49,119 nt of DNA, taken from assembly GCA_018398765.1 (NCBI GenBank), contig JAHBMJ010000371.1:1-49119 (forward strand). The letters are read 5' to 3'. Position numbers and translations under genes: made by a program. Below the pieces are notes generated by a model. The model was not told the DNA's origin, did not search any database, and saw only the letters and a list, made by a program, of their open reading frames with translations. Below, piece by piece: positions 12,178 to 23,528 of the stretch (position 1 is its first letter; each line of letters begins with the position of its first letter). The DNA is from Chromera velia. Taxonomy: Eukaryota.

Positions 12178-12714
12178 TGTGTGTGTGTGTGTGAGCATGT
12201 GTGTGTGTATGTGTCATTATTCCGTTTTGCTAGTTAGTTGCTGCTTTCTCTTTTGCCCCCCCTTTTTCCTTCATTTCGCCTTTCTGTGTCTTTCTTCCCC
12301 TCGCTGACTGCCTTTCAGCGTTTCTATTTTTGCTGTCTTGGGCATGCTAAGTCTTTTTTGCGCAAGAGTCGGTAAGCCAAACTGAAGTATGTCAAGAAGC
12401 CCAAAGCATGCAGCTGCAATGAAACGATTGTCTGTTTTGTGTTAAACATCTGTTTTGGACCTCTCATGGAACAACTTCTCCTGTCTAGATTGTAAACGAT
12501 CCCTTGAATAGGCTTTCTAAGCTGACGCAATTCTGTTCCTGACTCAACTACACCCCCTTTCTTCACTCATGCAGATTGCCCCTGCAGGCGATTCACAGGT
12601 GTCCCGGGACAAAACTGCCACAGCGAGTCTTTCTGACGCCGTCCCTCAAACCCTCGGCCGCCTTTCTCCTGCAACGGACCAATCGACACAAAGACTCGGA
12701 ACCATCCAAGATTT

Positions 12715-12870
12715 GAAATTTAGACGCTGCACGATTGTGCAGGGTTCTCTGAAGGGAAAAGAGGGGCAGATCTGGAGCACTCACAGAGGTCTTGATGGAC
12801 AAGTGCTTGTGACGGTCTCGCTGGACACGGGGCGGATCGAAAGGGTACCGCTGACGCTCGTGGAGGTTCA
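12715..12870 (+). CDS. KOW/SH3-like beta-barrel motif within the same locus
   Basis: RCTIVQGSLKGKEGQIW...QVLVTVSLDTGRIERVPLTLVEV fits the KOW pattern V.I..G..KG..G.V......V.V.L. Confidence 0.6.
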
Positions 12871-13084
12871 CAGCGGTGCAGAGTCTGAAGCATCAGTCTG
12901 AAGCATCTCAAGCTGTCGACCAGTAGTGGTGTGAACAGGAAACCTGCAGATGAAAGTACAACAGACGCAGCATTGCTCCAGGACGTTGGACGGGGGGAAG
13001 AGAACAAAGAGAACCCCATTGTGGGCCCGTCAGAATCGCATCATGGTGACACAGTCGTCTCCAACAGCGACGGCCGCTCCGGCA

Positions 13085-13600
13085 GCGTGTGGGAGGAAGT
13101 CCCTGCATGCCGAGTGGCACTCCACAGCACGCCGCGTGCTCGACATAACGGAGATGCATGCAGAGACTGGTCTTGAGGAGTTGCGAGGCGGAACATGCAT
13201 TGTTGTCTGCGATGCAAAAACGTTTTTGGAGAAATGTCCGAATCCTTCAACGGTAATAAGATCGACTCCCTGTGGAGCGGTGAATGAGTCTGACATCTTT
13301 TCCCTTCCGCAAGACGTCAGGACAGAAAAGGGGGCTCATGCCCTGAAGGAGCGAATGAATGACCGTGGGTCTCTAATTGTTGACGGGGTCTCGGGGGAGT
13401 TCCGAGCGTCAAAGTTCTTTTTCAAGTACTTTTGCAGTCAGTCTGTAGAAAGGATGGCCCGCAAAGCTTCCGCCTTAATTGTGACGGTCTCAAATGACGG
13501 CGCAGTCAAACTCTTCTACGGCAAAGCGCAGCTCGCGCTCGAGCTGTGGACAGAAGATGGAGCCCCTCTGCTACCTGCCGAGGGCAGGACTTCTCTTCAG
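13085..13600 (+). CDS. Diadenylate-cyclase-like domain 2 (paralogous to domain 1)
   Basis: WHSTARRVLDITEMHAETGLEELRGGTCIVVCDAKTFLE aligns without gaps to WLDAYHTVLDVCEEYRLAGVEGSRHGTIVVLCDPKVFLE of domain 1. It continues with MNDRGSLIVDG and ALIVTVSNDGAVKLFYG. Donor CAG|GTTGGC at 13601. Confidence 0.7.
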
Positions 13601-14803
13601 GTTGGCACACCTGCTGCTCTTTCTTTCCTTAACTGGCTCTTTCTGAATTACTTAAAGATTCTGATTGTCATTCCGCCAATCAAAAAGTAAAAGTGAACGA
13701 ATTCTTGTCTCATCTTTGGACTCTCCGCACGTAATTGTTCCGACATCGACATGAAGAAGCAGTGCCTAATTAAGAAACAGAGACATAGAAGTGAATGATT
13801 GTTTCTCCCTGCAGCCTCAAGTCTGAGGCTCAAACGGCTGAGTATTATAGGTGGAAGCCAGCGTTCAAAGGAATCTTCTTGATGGAAGACGGAATTGCCG
13901 CGGATGAGGTATCGAAAATTCTTTCGTATTCTGCTAGACTGTTTTGCACACCGTGCCCCCCATTCAAATAAGTTGAATGGATGTCTGCAGATAAGAGAAT
14001 AAATTCACAACCGCCGGTGGCATGTAGGGATGTTTGCGTGTATGCACAAGTCGGCTGATTGATTGAAGAGTCTCCGCTGAAAGGCCTCGCTTCACAGCCT
14101 CATGTTTTGACGGATTTTTTTGTGTGCCATTTTTTCTGTTTTTTATCTTACACAAATCTGCAGCCTGAAGGCGCCACCCCTAAACCGCCGTCTCAGGTGA
14201 CTCCGCCCCCTCCGCCCCTTCAACAACCGACGACGGTACGTGCATGTATGCAATGGGTCGGCTCATGCCAGAATGTTTTGCTGAAGGTCTTGTCCGGATC
14301 TTTCACAGAGACGTCATGTAGCTTTCTCTCCCTCTGTTTGGGTGAGCTGGCATTTCCTTCTCTTTCTTCTCCTTCCCTCCTGAATTTACTGTTAAACCCT
14401 GCAAACTCACCGGCTACGAACGCATGGACGAACAAATGCACGAATTCAAAAACAAATCCATGCAGGCCCCTCAGGTGGCGCTTCCTGAAGGTCCCGAAAA
14501 GGTCAGTCATTCTGTCAACTGCATGTTCATTCAGTCTTTCTATTGGTTGTCTTACTTCATTCAGTCAGAGGGGAAGAAGCGGAGATGAGGGTGGAGGCAT
14601 CTTATGCTCTTCCGCTCGCACGATGGTTCCAAGCAGTTGCCGGCTGCAACACAACTTGCGAGGAGAGAGTCCTTCGATTTTTTCATCCGGGTGCCTTTTG
14701 TTTTTACTAACCCTTGTAAAATTTTGCAACGGTGGTTACTGCAGATTACCTCTCTGGAGGAGCTGAAGAACTTTGCGGGGGCGACGTGGTGCATGCACGA
14801 TAA

Positions 14804-15511
14804 TTAATCTTCACGGGAAGAATTATCGGTGACGAGGGTGCCAATGCAGTTGCGCAGGCCCTACAGTCCAGCAAGGTGCCAAAGTTATTGGCCCTCAATC
14901 TTGGCAGCAACTGGATCGGTGACGAGGGTGCCAAGGCGATTGCAGAGGCCCTGCAGTCCGGCAAGGTGCTAAACCTGTCGAAGATCTACCTTCCCAGCAA
15001 CTGGATTGGTGCCGCGGGTGCCAAGGCGATTGCCGAGGCCCTGCAGTCCGACAAAGTGCCGAACTTGTCGGTGCTCTAGCTTGACGGCAATAGCATCAGT
15101 GCCGAGGGTGCCAAGGCGATTGCACAGGCCCTGCAGTCCGGCAAGGTGCCGAAGTTGTCGGCGCTCGGTCTTGCTGGCAACAGCATCGGTGACAAGGGTG
15201 TCAAGGCGATCGCGCAGGCCCCACAGTCCGGCAAGGTTCCGAAGTTGTCGGTGCTCTGGCTTGGCGACAACAGCATCGGTGCGGAGGGTGCCAAGGCGGT
15301 TGCGGAGGCCCTGCAGTCCGGTAAGGTACCAAGCGTGACAAAGCTCGGCCTTTCCGACAACAGGATTGGTGCCGAGGGTGCTCGGGCAATTTCGCAGACC
15401 CTGCAGGCCGACAAGGTGCCAAACTTGTCGAAGCTCGGTCTTTTCAATAACAACATCGGTACCGAGGGAAAAAAGCTTCTGAAAGCCGTATTTCCCGGAG
15501 TCGAGTGCTAA
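14804..15511 (+). repeat. Ribonuclease-inhibitor-type leucine-rich repeats, 8 x 90 nt (30 aa), with one in-frame TAG
   Basis: The I(G/S)xxG motif of the unit L.L..N.IG.EGAKAIAEALQSGKVP.L recurs at 14825, 14915, 15005, 15095, 15185, 15275, 15365 and 15455. TAG at 15077-15079 lies where another unit has TGG. Confidence 0.92.
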
Positions 15512-18018
15512 TCGATCACTACGACGATCAGTGTGCAGTCATGCACTACTATGGAAGAAAGTGGAATTGAAAGAGTCACGTTGTTGAATTGTAGGGAACA
15601 AAAATAAATTAAAAAGTTGCGATGGGCCGTGTGATAGGGCCAATTTGGTGTATACTGTCTGCGGCAAAACCGTACATTTCTGTGTAAACGGACTTTGAGA
15701 CAGTTGCGTTAGAGCGGCCCTTCCGGTATGTTGGAGCGTGAGACGGGGCTTCAAAATATGTACACGTGTTGTTTCTAATTGAATTGGAAAGAATCTGCTT
15801 TTAGGTTCTGTGCTAGCCTCTTTGCCTAGTATGCGTCCGTATACCTTATTATTCATTCACCAATTCTAACACTAGTAGTAATTATAAATTTGCTAGTAGT
15901 AAATTTGTACATTCAGGCTCAGATTTTAGCTATATTATTAGCCTATTAAAGTATTCCCCTAGGTATTCCCTAAATTAAATAGTAAATTTAAAATGACACC
16001 TGGTCAAATATCCTTGGAGATGATACATATTAATTTGTAAGATGATTATTATTAAAGCATAACAACTGCTAGAACAACCGCTGTCTTCTTAATCCGACTC
16101 TTCTACCTACAGTGTATATTACTGCATTGTATATATAAGAAAAAGCGAGAAGCAAGAGCTTAAAAACCAGCGACTGTGCGTTCTCTTTTGAAGGCTGATT
16201 TTATATACTGGTGATGTAGAAATATTGAAGAGTTCTTAGAAGAGTTCGCTCTGATTCAAAGTAAAACCCATTACAAGATTCAAATTCTTTTATATAGTTT
16301 CTTTAATTTCTAAGCGCCGCCGGCGTTTAATTTCTGACAAATTTTTTACATACAAATTTAGATTAATTAATGTGTTTTTCTTTAATTTAAAATCAAGTAT
16401 ATATATGCTAATCTGTTAAGCGATCATGCCTAGTAAGTTAAATTATTTAATTGTGAAATGTATGAAAGACAGATGAAAACTCTGTGTGCTTGTACGGCTT
16501 GTAAACGGAGCATTCATAGACACATACATACATGCCAGCGATAGTGAGCAGGCCCACTGACAATTAAGTAGTGAGCGACATAGAGAGCAAGAAATCAAAC
16601 TGGCAGTAGACAGACTCCATCCCATTCCCTTGACATGACTACTCTCTCAAAATGCGATTGAAATTTCATGAATACATACATTTTGTATAGTTAAGGTTCA
16701 AGATTGCTGCGTGTGACGTCCCTCAGACAGGAATGTTGCGACGGAGAGAGAGGGGGAGGGAGGGATAGAGACTGGTTGTCCTCATACTCGACCTCCACCC
16801 TCAGTTTTTTTCTTGTGCTTTTCTTATTGCACTCTTTGTTCCACCTTTCTTCCCTTCTCTGTGATTTCCTTCTTCCACTTCTTCCCGGCTTGCTGCCTAG
16901 TCGTGAGGTCGCCAAACGTTCCGTTCATTCATCATTCAGTCATTTCTGTGGCGGCCGCCCGGCCTTGGTCTTCGCCACCTGGGTGCTGTTGTCACGAAGG
17001 CACACAGATTTCACTGAACAGATGAATGAATGGATGGAGACGTCCGGCTGACAGAGGAGTGCCCAGGCAAGAAAGGGTCGGGAAAGAAAGCAGAAGAAGC
17101 GAAACGAAGAAGGTTCAAGGATGGTGTTTTTCTTTAGCTCGGCCCTCTTCCTTCTTCGGTATCTGCCGTGCATGCGCGATTCCTCGAAGAAAGAAAAGAA
17201 GGGCTGGAATATTTCTTCTCTCCTGTATGTTTTCCGTCCAAGTGACAGATAAAGACGGACACAAAGACTAATTGTATTGACTTCAAACATGCAGAATCGA
17301 TCACGTCAGACTTCTTTTCTTGTTATACGCAGACCGTTTCCCTCACCCAACCACACCCCCACCCCCAGGCATGCAGGGACCCTCTCAGTGCATCTGCATA
17401 ATACAATTCTTTCCGTGCAAGCAGAGAAGGTCAGAGACCTCCCACCCCCACCCACCCCTGCCCTCATGCACCCGCCCGAAGGACCCTTTCCTTTCACCGG
17501 CTCAAGTAACGACCGATGAGACAGCAGACAGACTTGACGGTCCATGCAGACAGAATCTCACGGCCTCATAGCAGGAGCTGCTCACTCCTCTTCTCTTTCT
17601 GGGATCACCTGCTAAGCGCTCCCTGTGAGTTGCTTGCGCGACTTTCACGATGCTCTTCTGCCCAAAAGGGAAGATGTGAGCTGTCAGTGAGGATGATCAC
17701 TCGAGGAAGTCTCGACAGGCCGGCAAATGACAAGCCGATGTTTGCAGACCTGCACAAGCCAGAGAGGAAGGGGGGGAAGGGGGGGGGAGCATGATAGGTT
17801 TTATTCACAAGGATCACACGTGCTGAGAGAAAAGGTGAGTCTGCTTTCCCGAAATTTCTCTGCCAGAAGAAAGAAAAAGGAAAGCAGGAACTGTCTCTCT
17901 CTCTGTCTGCCCCTCAGCCTGCCTGGTCGGTCGCTTTGGCCTGTCTTCCTTTCTGACTGCTTTTGAACTGCGAATTCTTGGCTGACCTGATAGATCTCAG
18001 CCTTTCCAGTGTTGTCGT

Positions 18019-19542
18019 TCAGGCCTGACCAGGCAGCAGCCACTTCTCACCCACTTTGGGGTTCACGCACAAGGCGTACTCCTTCCATCCTTTCCCCCGC
18101 AGTTTTCGCAAAAACTCCGCTCTCTCTCTGACCAGACTTTGCCTGGCGGGGTCCACCAGGGGGGCCGGGAGACGGGCGAAAGCCCACATACCCCCTCCGC
18201 GGAGGGTTTGGGCGTCTTGAAGGACTTGCAGCTCCTCTTGCACGATCTTTGCCCGACACTCTTCCTGAGTGCGGGGGCATGGAGAGGCTGTCTCGGGAGG
18301 GGGAGGGAACGCGAAGGACGTGGCTGGGGAGGGGGGCGATCTCGGTGACAGGGGGGGGCATGGAGTGGAAGCAGTGGGGGAGGGGGGTGACTCCGTTGCG
18401 ATGGTGTCTGCAGAGGCCATGTGCGTGACGTTGAGGGGGGGAAACTTTCTGTCTCTGCTTCTGTTCGTCTTGGGAGTGTCAGACAGAGAGATGGGCATCT
18501 CACTCATCCACTCTGTCTCTTGGATCTCTCTCTCCTTCTCCTCTCTCTTTCTTTCTTGGTGCTTTTTCCTCAGCTGCCTCTTCTTCTGCTTTTGTCGGGT
18601 CTCTTTCAGATGAGAGAGAGCGGCCCTGAAGACCTTGGCGTCTCTCTGTTGCTTCATCTTCAGGCCCATCATCTTCTCGAAGAACCACTCGATGCCTGTC
18701 CGTTGGCACAATGCCAGCCCTCTCGCGTGTACAGAGGGACACGAAGACTGGTGTGTGAACAGGAACAGTGAGAGGGCGCAGAGGAACAAGTAGCCGGTCA
18801 ATGAGAAGAGGAAGATGCCCATCTTGACATAGGCACCGAAGGGAAGGATGTCAGTCGGGATATCCTTCATCGAGTAGATGAGGGATCCGAACAAACACAG
18901 CTGCTCGCACGTGTAAAATGTGTTGAATACGTCTGCCTCTAACACGACCGAGTACAGGGCGTTCAGCTGCCTCCCAGAGCAGAAGAGGGTGCCCTCCAGG
19001 TTCCAGCAGTAGAGACGCGACACGAAGATGTATTCGAGGGGAACGTGATACCATTTCCATCGGTCCAGTCGCATGTACAGGTGCACAATGCCTGGCAAAG
19101 AGTGGATGGCGTGGTCCCCACAGGAGAGGAAGAGTCTCCAGAAAGACTCCCACGGAGGTCTCACTCTCTCCTTGGGGATGTCCTCCTTCCTCTTGCCACT
19201 GTAAGTGAAGCGCAACCAAAATTGGAGAAGGCGGTCGAAGATGTCAGGATGGACCGCTCGAGTGGCGTACCACGAGAGGTTCAGCTTGACGGTCAAAACA
19301 ACGGCGATACCTTCCAGGTCCGGGTTCTCGGCAACGTACGCAACGAAGGCCAGAACAAGCCAGACGTAGGTGAGGGGAAAGTTGAACAGTCGGCAGGGAA
19401 TCTTCCAACGGCTTGGAAGGGAAGCCGTCGAAGAAGTAGAACTGGAGGTATCAGCCTCCATTGAGGTTTCACAGACAGGGGTAGAGAGAGACGATTTTTC
19501 TCTCATCTGCCTCAGCTTCCTCAAGTGTCTTTTATTTGTCAT
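18019..19542 (-). CDS. Multi-pass membrane protein, possibly FAR-17a/AIG1/ADTRP-like, with a charged and Pro-rich C-terminal tail
   Basis: 507 aa ORF with several hydrophobic helices. FPLTYVWL and DHAIHSLP resemble the Thr (FLT) and His (NH.MHT) catalytic motifs of AIG1/ADTRP. The gene is solid; the family call is tentative. Confidence 0.65.
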   Translation of the reverse strand: MTNKRHLRKLRQMREKSSLSTPVCETSMEADTSSSTSSTASLPSRWKIPCRLFNFPLTYVWLVLAFVAYVAENPDLEGIAVVLTVKLNLSWYATRAVHPDIFDRLLQFWLRFTYSGKRKEDIPKERVRPPWESFWRLFLSCGDHAIHSLPGIVHLYMRLDRWKWYHVPLEYIFVSRLYCWNLEGTLFCSGRQLNALYSVVLEADVFNTFYTCEQLCLFGSLIYSMKDIPTDILPFGAYVKMGIFLFSLTGYLFLCALSLFLFTHQSSCPSVHARGLALCQRTGIEWFFEKMMGLKMKQQRDAKVFRAALSHLKETRQKQKKRQLRKKHQERKREEKEREIQETEWMSEMPISLSDTPKTNRSRDRKFPPLNVTHMASADTIATESPPSPTASTPCPPLSPRSPPSPATSFAFPPPPETASPCPRTQEECRAKIVQEELQVLQDAQTLRGGGMWAFARLPAPLVDPARQSLVRERAEFLRKLRGKGWKEYALCVNPKVGEKWLLPGQA

Positions 19543-20256
19543 GGTGAAAGAGAAGAGGTGACAAGGATCGACAGAATTAATCGGCTCGGTTGGAGAAAAT
19601 TTTGTTTCGCTGATTTTCGTGAAATTGTCTCCTCCGACATTTCAATGGAGAATTAAGCCAGAAGGAGAGTTAACAGAGTTCTCGTAAAAGTCAAGGCGTC
19701 AACTCGACTTCGCTTTGTGATGAAGGAAGGCTGGGTCAGAGAAGCTAGTATGTGTTGTTTGTCAGAATGAACCGGTTTTAATTAATTGGCTGTGCTGCAA
19801 AATATATATATATTGTTGCAAAATTTCCTTTTCGTGACCCGATTTTCCCCCCCGCAAGCCGATTATGAGGCTTCGCGATGGCCCCGGAAAGTCGCTTGTG
19901 TCACTGGCCCGCGAATGCGCAATTCAAGCACATTTCCGGCCCGGCCGCGGGGCCGAAACTTGGACCCACGATGACCCGCGGCCCGCATGCTCCTAAGTAT
20001 GGCTGCACTGACACTGCGAAGCAGACCGGCGAAAAGCTACAGTTTGCCAGATGGCGATCATTGAAAGTTGCAACAAAAGAGAAGAGACCCTTATATATAT
20101 GTGTATGTAGAATTTCTGATATGATTTTTGACAAGTCTAGCACACCAGAGACATTTGAGCTCTCTGTTGTTGATTTCCTTTTCCCGTCTCCTTGTGGTTT
20201 TCCACAAGAAAAATAAGAACGCCGAGCTGGGCAGACGGAGAGCAGAGACAAAATCC

Positions 20257-23200
20257 ATGTTTGACTTCGTAAAGTCTCTGGGTGAGGCTGCCCGAGAAAA
20301 AGCCCAGCAAGCGTTCCACCACATTGACCAGATCGCACAGCAACAACTGCATCAACAAAACCTGCCTGGGACAAACTTGGGGGCACAGCTCCATCAGATC
20401 AGGCCGAACCTCTTCATCATGGACTTTCCTCACGAGGACGTCATAGAGGATCTCTCAGAGGCTCTCAGGGGATTTCACTCCAATGCCTTCCTCATGTTGA
20501 ACATGTCGGAAAGAACGTACAACACGCGCATGTTCGAGGGGGATGTGATTGATGTGAACTTTAGAGGACTCCCGTCTCCCCCTCTCGACCTTCTTCTCAA
20601 ACTGCAGATGTCTGTACATGCATGGTCGGTCCGTGGGTTGGGTCACTAGCTTTGGGGTCCGTTTTACGTGTGTGGGTGTGTGTGTGTGTAGACGAGGACG
20701 TCCATCTTCTTTTCCCTTTTCTCGCCAAAGCTGTTTTTTGTCTCACCATGTATCTCAATCAACCTGTCGGTCCGTCTGTCTGTTTCTGTGTCTTCGAAGA
20801 GACTCTACCTGCAACCCCTTCTCCTTTGTTGTCAGAGAAAAAGCCGGCGTCCGTCCATGCGTTCCTGTGCATCTCCTGGACCCATGCATGGCGGTCCCCT
20901 CCTGCCGCCTGACTTTGCGCGGGCTCTTTCAGATTTCAGACCCCGACAAACAACTATTGCTACAGCACGGTTGTGTGTGAGTGTAACGCTGCATGCATGC
21001 AGGCTCTCTTCAGACCCCATCAACATCCTTGTGGTCCACTGCTACAGGGGACACTCGAGGAGCGCCACGTTCATGTCTGCATACATGGTCAGTCAGTTAG
21101 TTTGGCGACGGAAGGCTTGCGCCTGTCTGTGTGGCTGGCTTTGTGGTGCAACTGAGAGGGCTGGTGGATGAACGGGGGAGGCAAGATGTGAGTGTGGATT
21201 TGGGGGAATCCGATGACTGCACGTGGCCGGAGGGAAAGGTGAAGGGAGATGCGATTGCGAATGTCCGCAAACTTCTCTTGGCTTCGTTGTATTATCTCTC
21301 TGCTTTTTCATTTGTTTCTGCCGGGTCAGGTGGTGCATGAGAGCCTGCTTCCCTCTCCAAGAGGATATTGAAGTTAGTCTACCTTTCTCTGTCTATGCGC
21401 CAGCACACACAGTTGCCTACGTGTGTATGGACGGATGTATGTGTCTGTGCGTATGCATGCGTGCGTCAGGCCTGGGCAGGCCTAGCCGAACACCCCCTTC
21501 AGGCCTTGGAGGAAGTGTGCGAGAAGGTGGGGCTGGATCCGAGAACTCAAATCCTGCCCTCACAGAAGAGGTGTCTGAGCTACGTGGACCTCCTGCAGAA
21601 GGGATTCTCGGTCGGTCCGCTTGTTACTTTCTTTCTGGGTTGGTTAGATGGATGGATGGTTGGATGGATGGATGGGCCTTAGGGTGGGATGTTTTTCTGT
21701 GTGGTTGCTGCTTTCGATTGGTTGGTCTGAGTGAGTGAGTGAGTGAGTGAGTGAGTGAGTGAATGAGTGAGTGAATGAATGAGCCAGACTGAATGCGTGT
21801 TGTGGATTTCTTTGGCTCGACCGGTCGCTAAATGGACACTTTTTTGGTTGAAGAAAAGACGAAAGAGCCGACCCAGGACAGGGACCTTTTCCTTCTTCGA
21901 TTTGCGCCCGCAGGCAAAAGCGCCCCCCGTTTCCATCAGGCGTCTGATCTTGAATGAAATTCCGGTGTTTGACCCTCCCACGGCAATGCTTCGACGCACA
22001 AGGGGGGGGAAGGGGGTGGGGGAGGAAGGAGGGGAAGGGGAGAAGGATGCCCAAGCAGAGGAAGGGGAGGAAGAAGACGAGGACGAGGAAGAAGAGGTTG
22101 AGGTGCCCCAGCCAGGTCAGCTTCTTGTTTGTTTGTGTTGGTCGTTTGGTTCGACAGCCTGCCCGGTCTGCCTGTCTAATCGGGAAAGAAAAGGGGGAAT
22201 GGATGGAATCTCAGTGGAGAAGTCGGCAGGAGGCAACGCCAGAGAGGTCCCTGATTGGTTTTTCTGCGCCATCGCTTCTCTCTCTTTTTCTTTCTCCATC
22301 TTTCGCCCTCTTGCTCTTTCCACGTTCGTTTTCATTTAGATCCGACTTCCTCTCAATCCCCTTCCGGTGGGACCGCCTTTCTGCCTTGCCTGTGTGTTTC
22401 CTTCCGCGTGGATGTTCATTCGTTCACTCTTCTTCCGGTGTCCCTCCCGTTCTCCCTCCCTCCCTCTCTTCTTGCCGGTGTCCTGCATGCAGTCTTTCGA
22501 CCCTTTGTTGAGGTCAGTACATGCATGCAGAAAGGCAGGCAGGCAGGCAGGCAGGGAGGGACGTGGACCGGCGCCGTTGATACTTCAAGCTGGTGATGGA
22601 CAGGGGGGAGAAGCGGCGGGCGGAGTGCGCGCGTTCGTGATCGCACCAATTTACGATTTATCTTTCTTCGATAGGAACCTTCGTACCGGTCTTCGTCTCT
22701 CTGATGGCATTTTTCTTCCTGACTGACGGAATTCTCCTGCATGTTGATTTCTTGCAGGTTTGGGTTAGTGGTGAGATGGTGTACTCTTCCCTTGATGGAC
22801 TTTCTGTCTCCACTGCGAACGGGGAGGCCTCCTCTGGGTCAAAAGAGGGGGGAGTGGTGCAGCAGCAGAATGGAGAGCAGGAGAAGGCAAAGAAGGACGG
22901 AGGGGGGGAGGCTGCGGACATCGCATCCGATTCTGTAGCGACGGAGCAAAAGACAAGGAAGGTGTCCGCTTTCTTCATCAACGATGAATCATGCGCTTTC
23001 GAGATGAACGTTCCGGTATTGGGTCAGTCAGTCAGTCAGTCAAGGAAGCCCTCAGGCAGGCAGGCTGGTAGTCAAGCAGGCACATTGGGTGGCTGCATGA
23101 GAGAACTTTCCGATGAAGTTCGAATTATTACCTTGGATATACACTTTCGCATACGCATTCCAGAAAGAGTTCGGGTTCCTTGGATCGTTCTCGTCCTTGA

Positions 23201-23497
23201 TTTTGATTTGGACTCCGCCATGATGCGCCTGCGGCCGAAATTCTCCCCGCAGAGCAAGCGCATTTGTTCTCTGATTGTTTGTCGGGGTGTATTTGTGTTC
23301 GTATGCCTGTGTGTATGTATGACACATTCTATACATGCCACTCTTCTCTTGTCTTCCCATCTGTCTATTCGTCTGTGTGCCTCTCCTAGCTGCAGGCGAC
23401 GCGCTTATCAGGGTACGGCATCTGAGCGGGAGTGGACAAAAGGTGTCGGCTTTGAGGGCGGCCTTTCATACGGCATTCGACGCACAGGGTGGGTGGG

Positions 23498-23528
<31 letters not shown>

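Larger units (their letters stand above)
6929..15511 (+). pseudogene. Multi-exon, multi-domain locus: TRAFAC (AIG1/septin-like) GTPase - helical/coiled coil - DAC-like 1 - KOW - DAC-like 2 - RI-type LRR, carrying several disabling lesions
   Basis: ATG at 6929. Exons that splice in phase: 6929-7341, 7604-7877, 8073-8297, 8587-8790, 8947-9250, 9489-ca.9707; then less certain exons up to the stop at 15511. Lesions: TAA 7103-7105, frameshifts at about 8718, 10800-10825 and 13100, 13-nt duplication 12882-12907, broken junction at about 14800, TAG 15077-15079. That this is one transcription unit is inferred from the same strand and continuous GT-AG introns. Confidence 0.7.

Noticed and set aside
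7103..15079. In-frame TAA/TAG as evidence of a reassigned genetic code or programmed frameshifting
   Set aside because: Other genes here end normally at TAA, TAG and TGA and have no internal stops; the lesions are heterogeneous and confined to one locus.
14804..15511. 90-nt repeats as a non-coding array
   Set aside because: They translate to canonical RI-type LRRs.
16691..18018. Short ORFs and splice-like sites downstream of the 507-aa gene
   Set aside because: No coherent spliced frame or domain could be assembled; this may be 3' UTR or alternative exons and needs RNA data.
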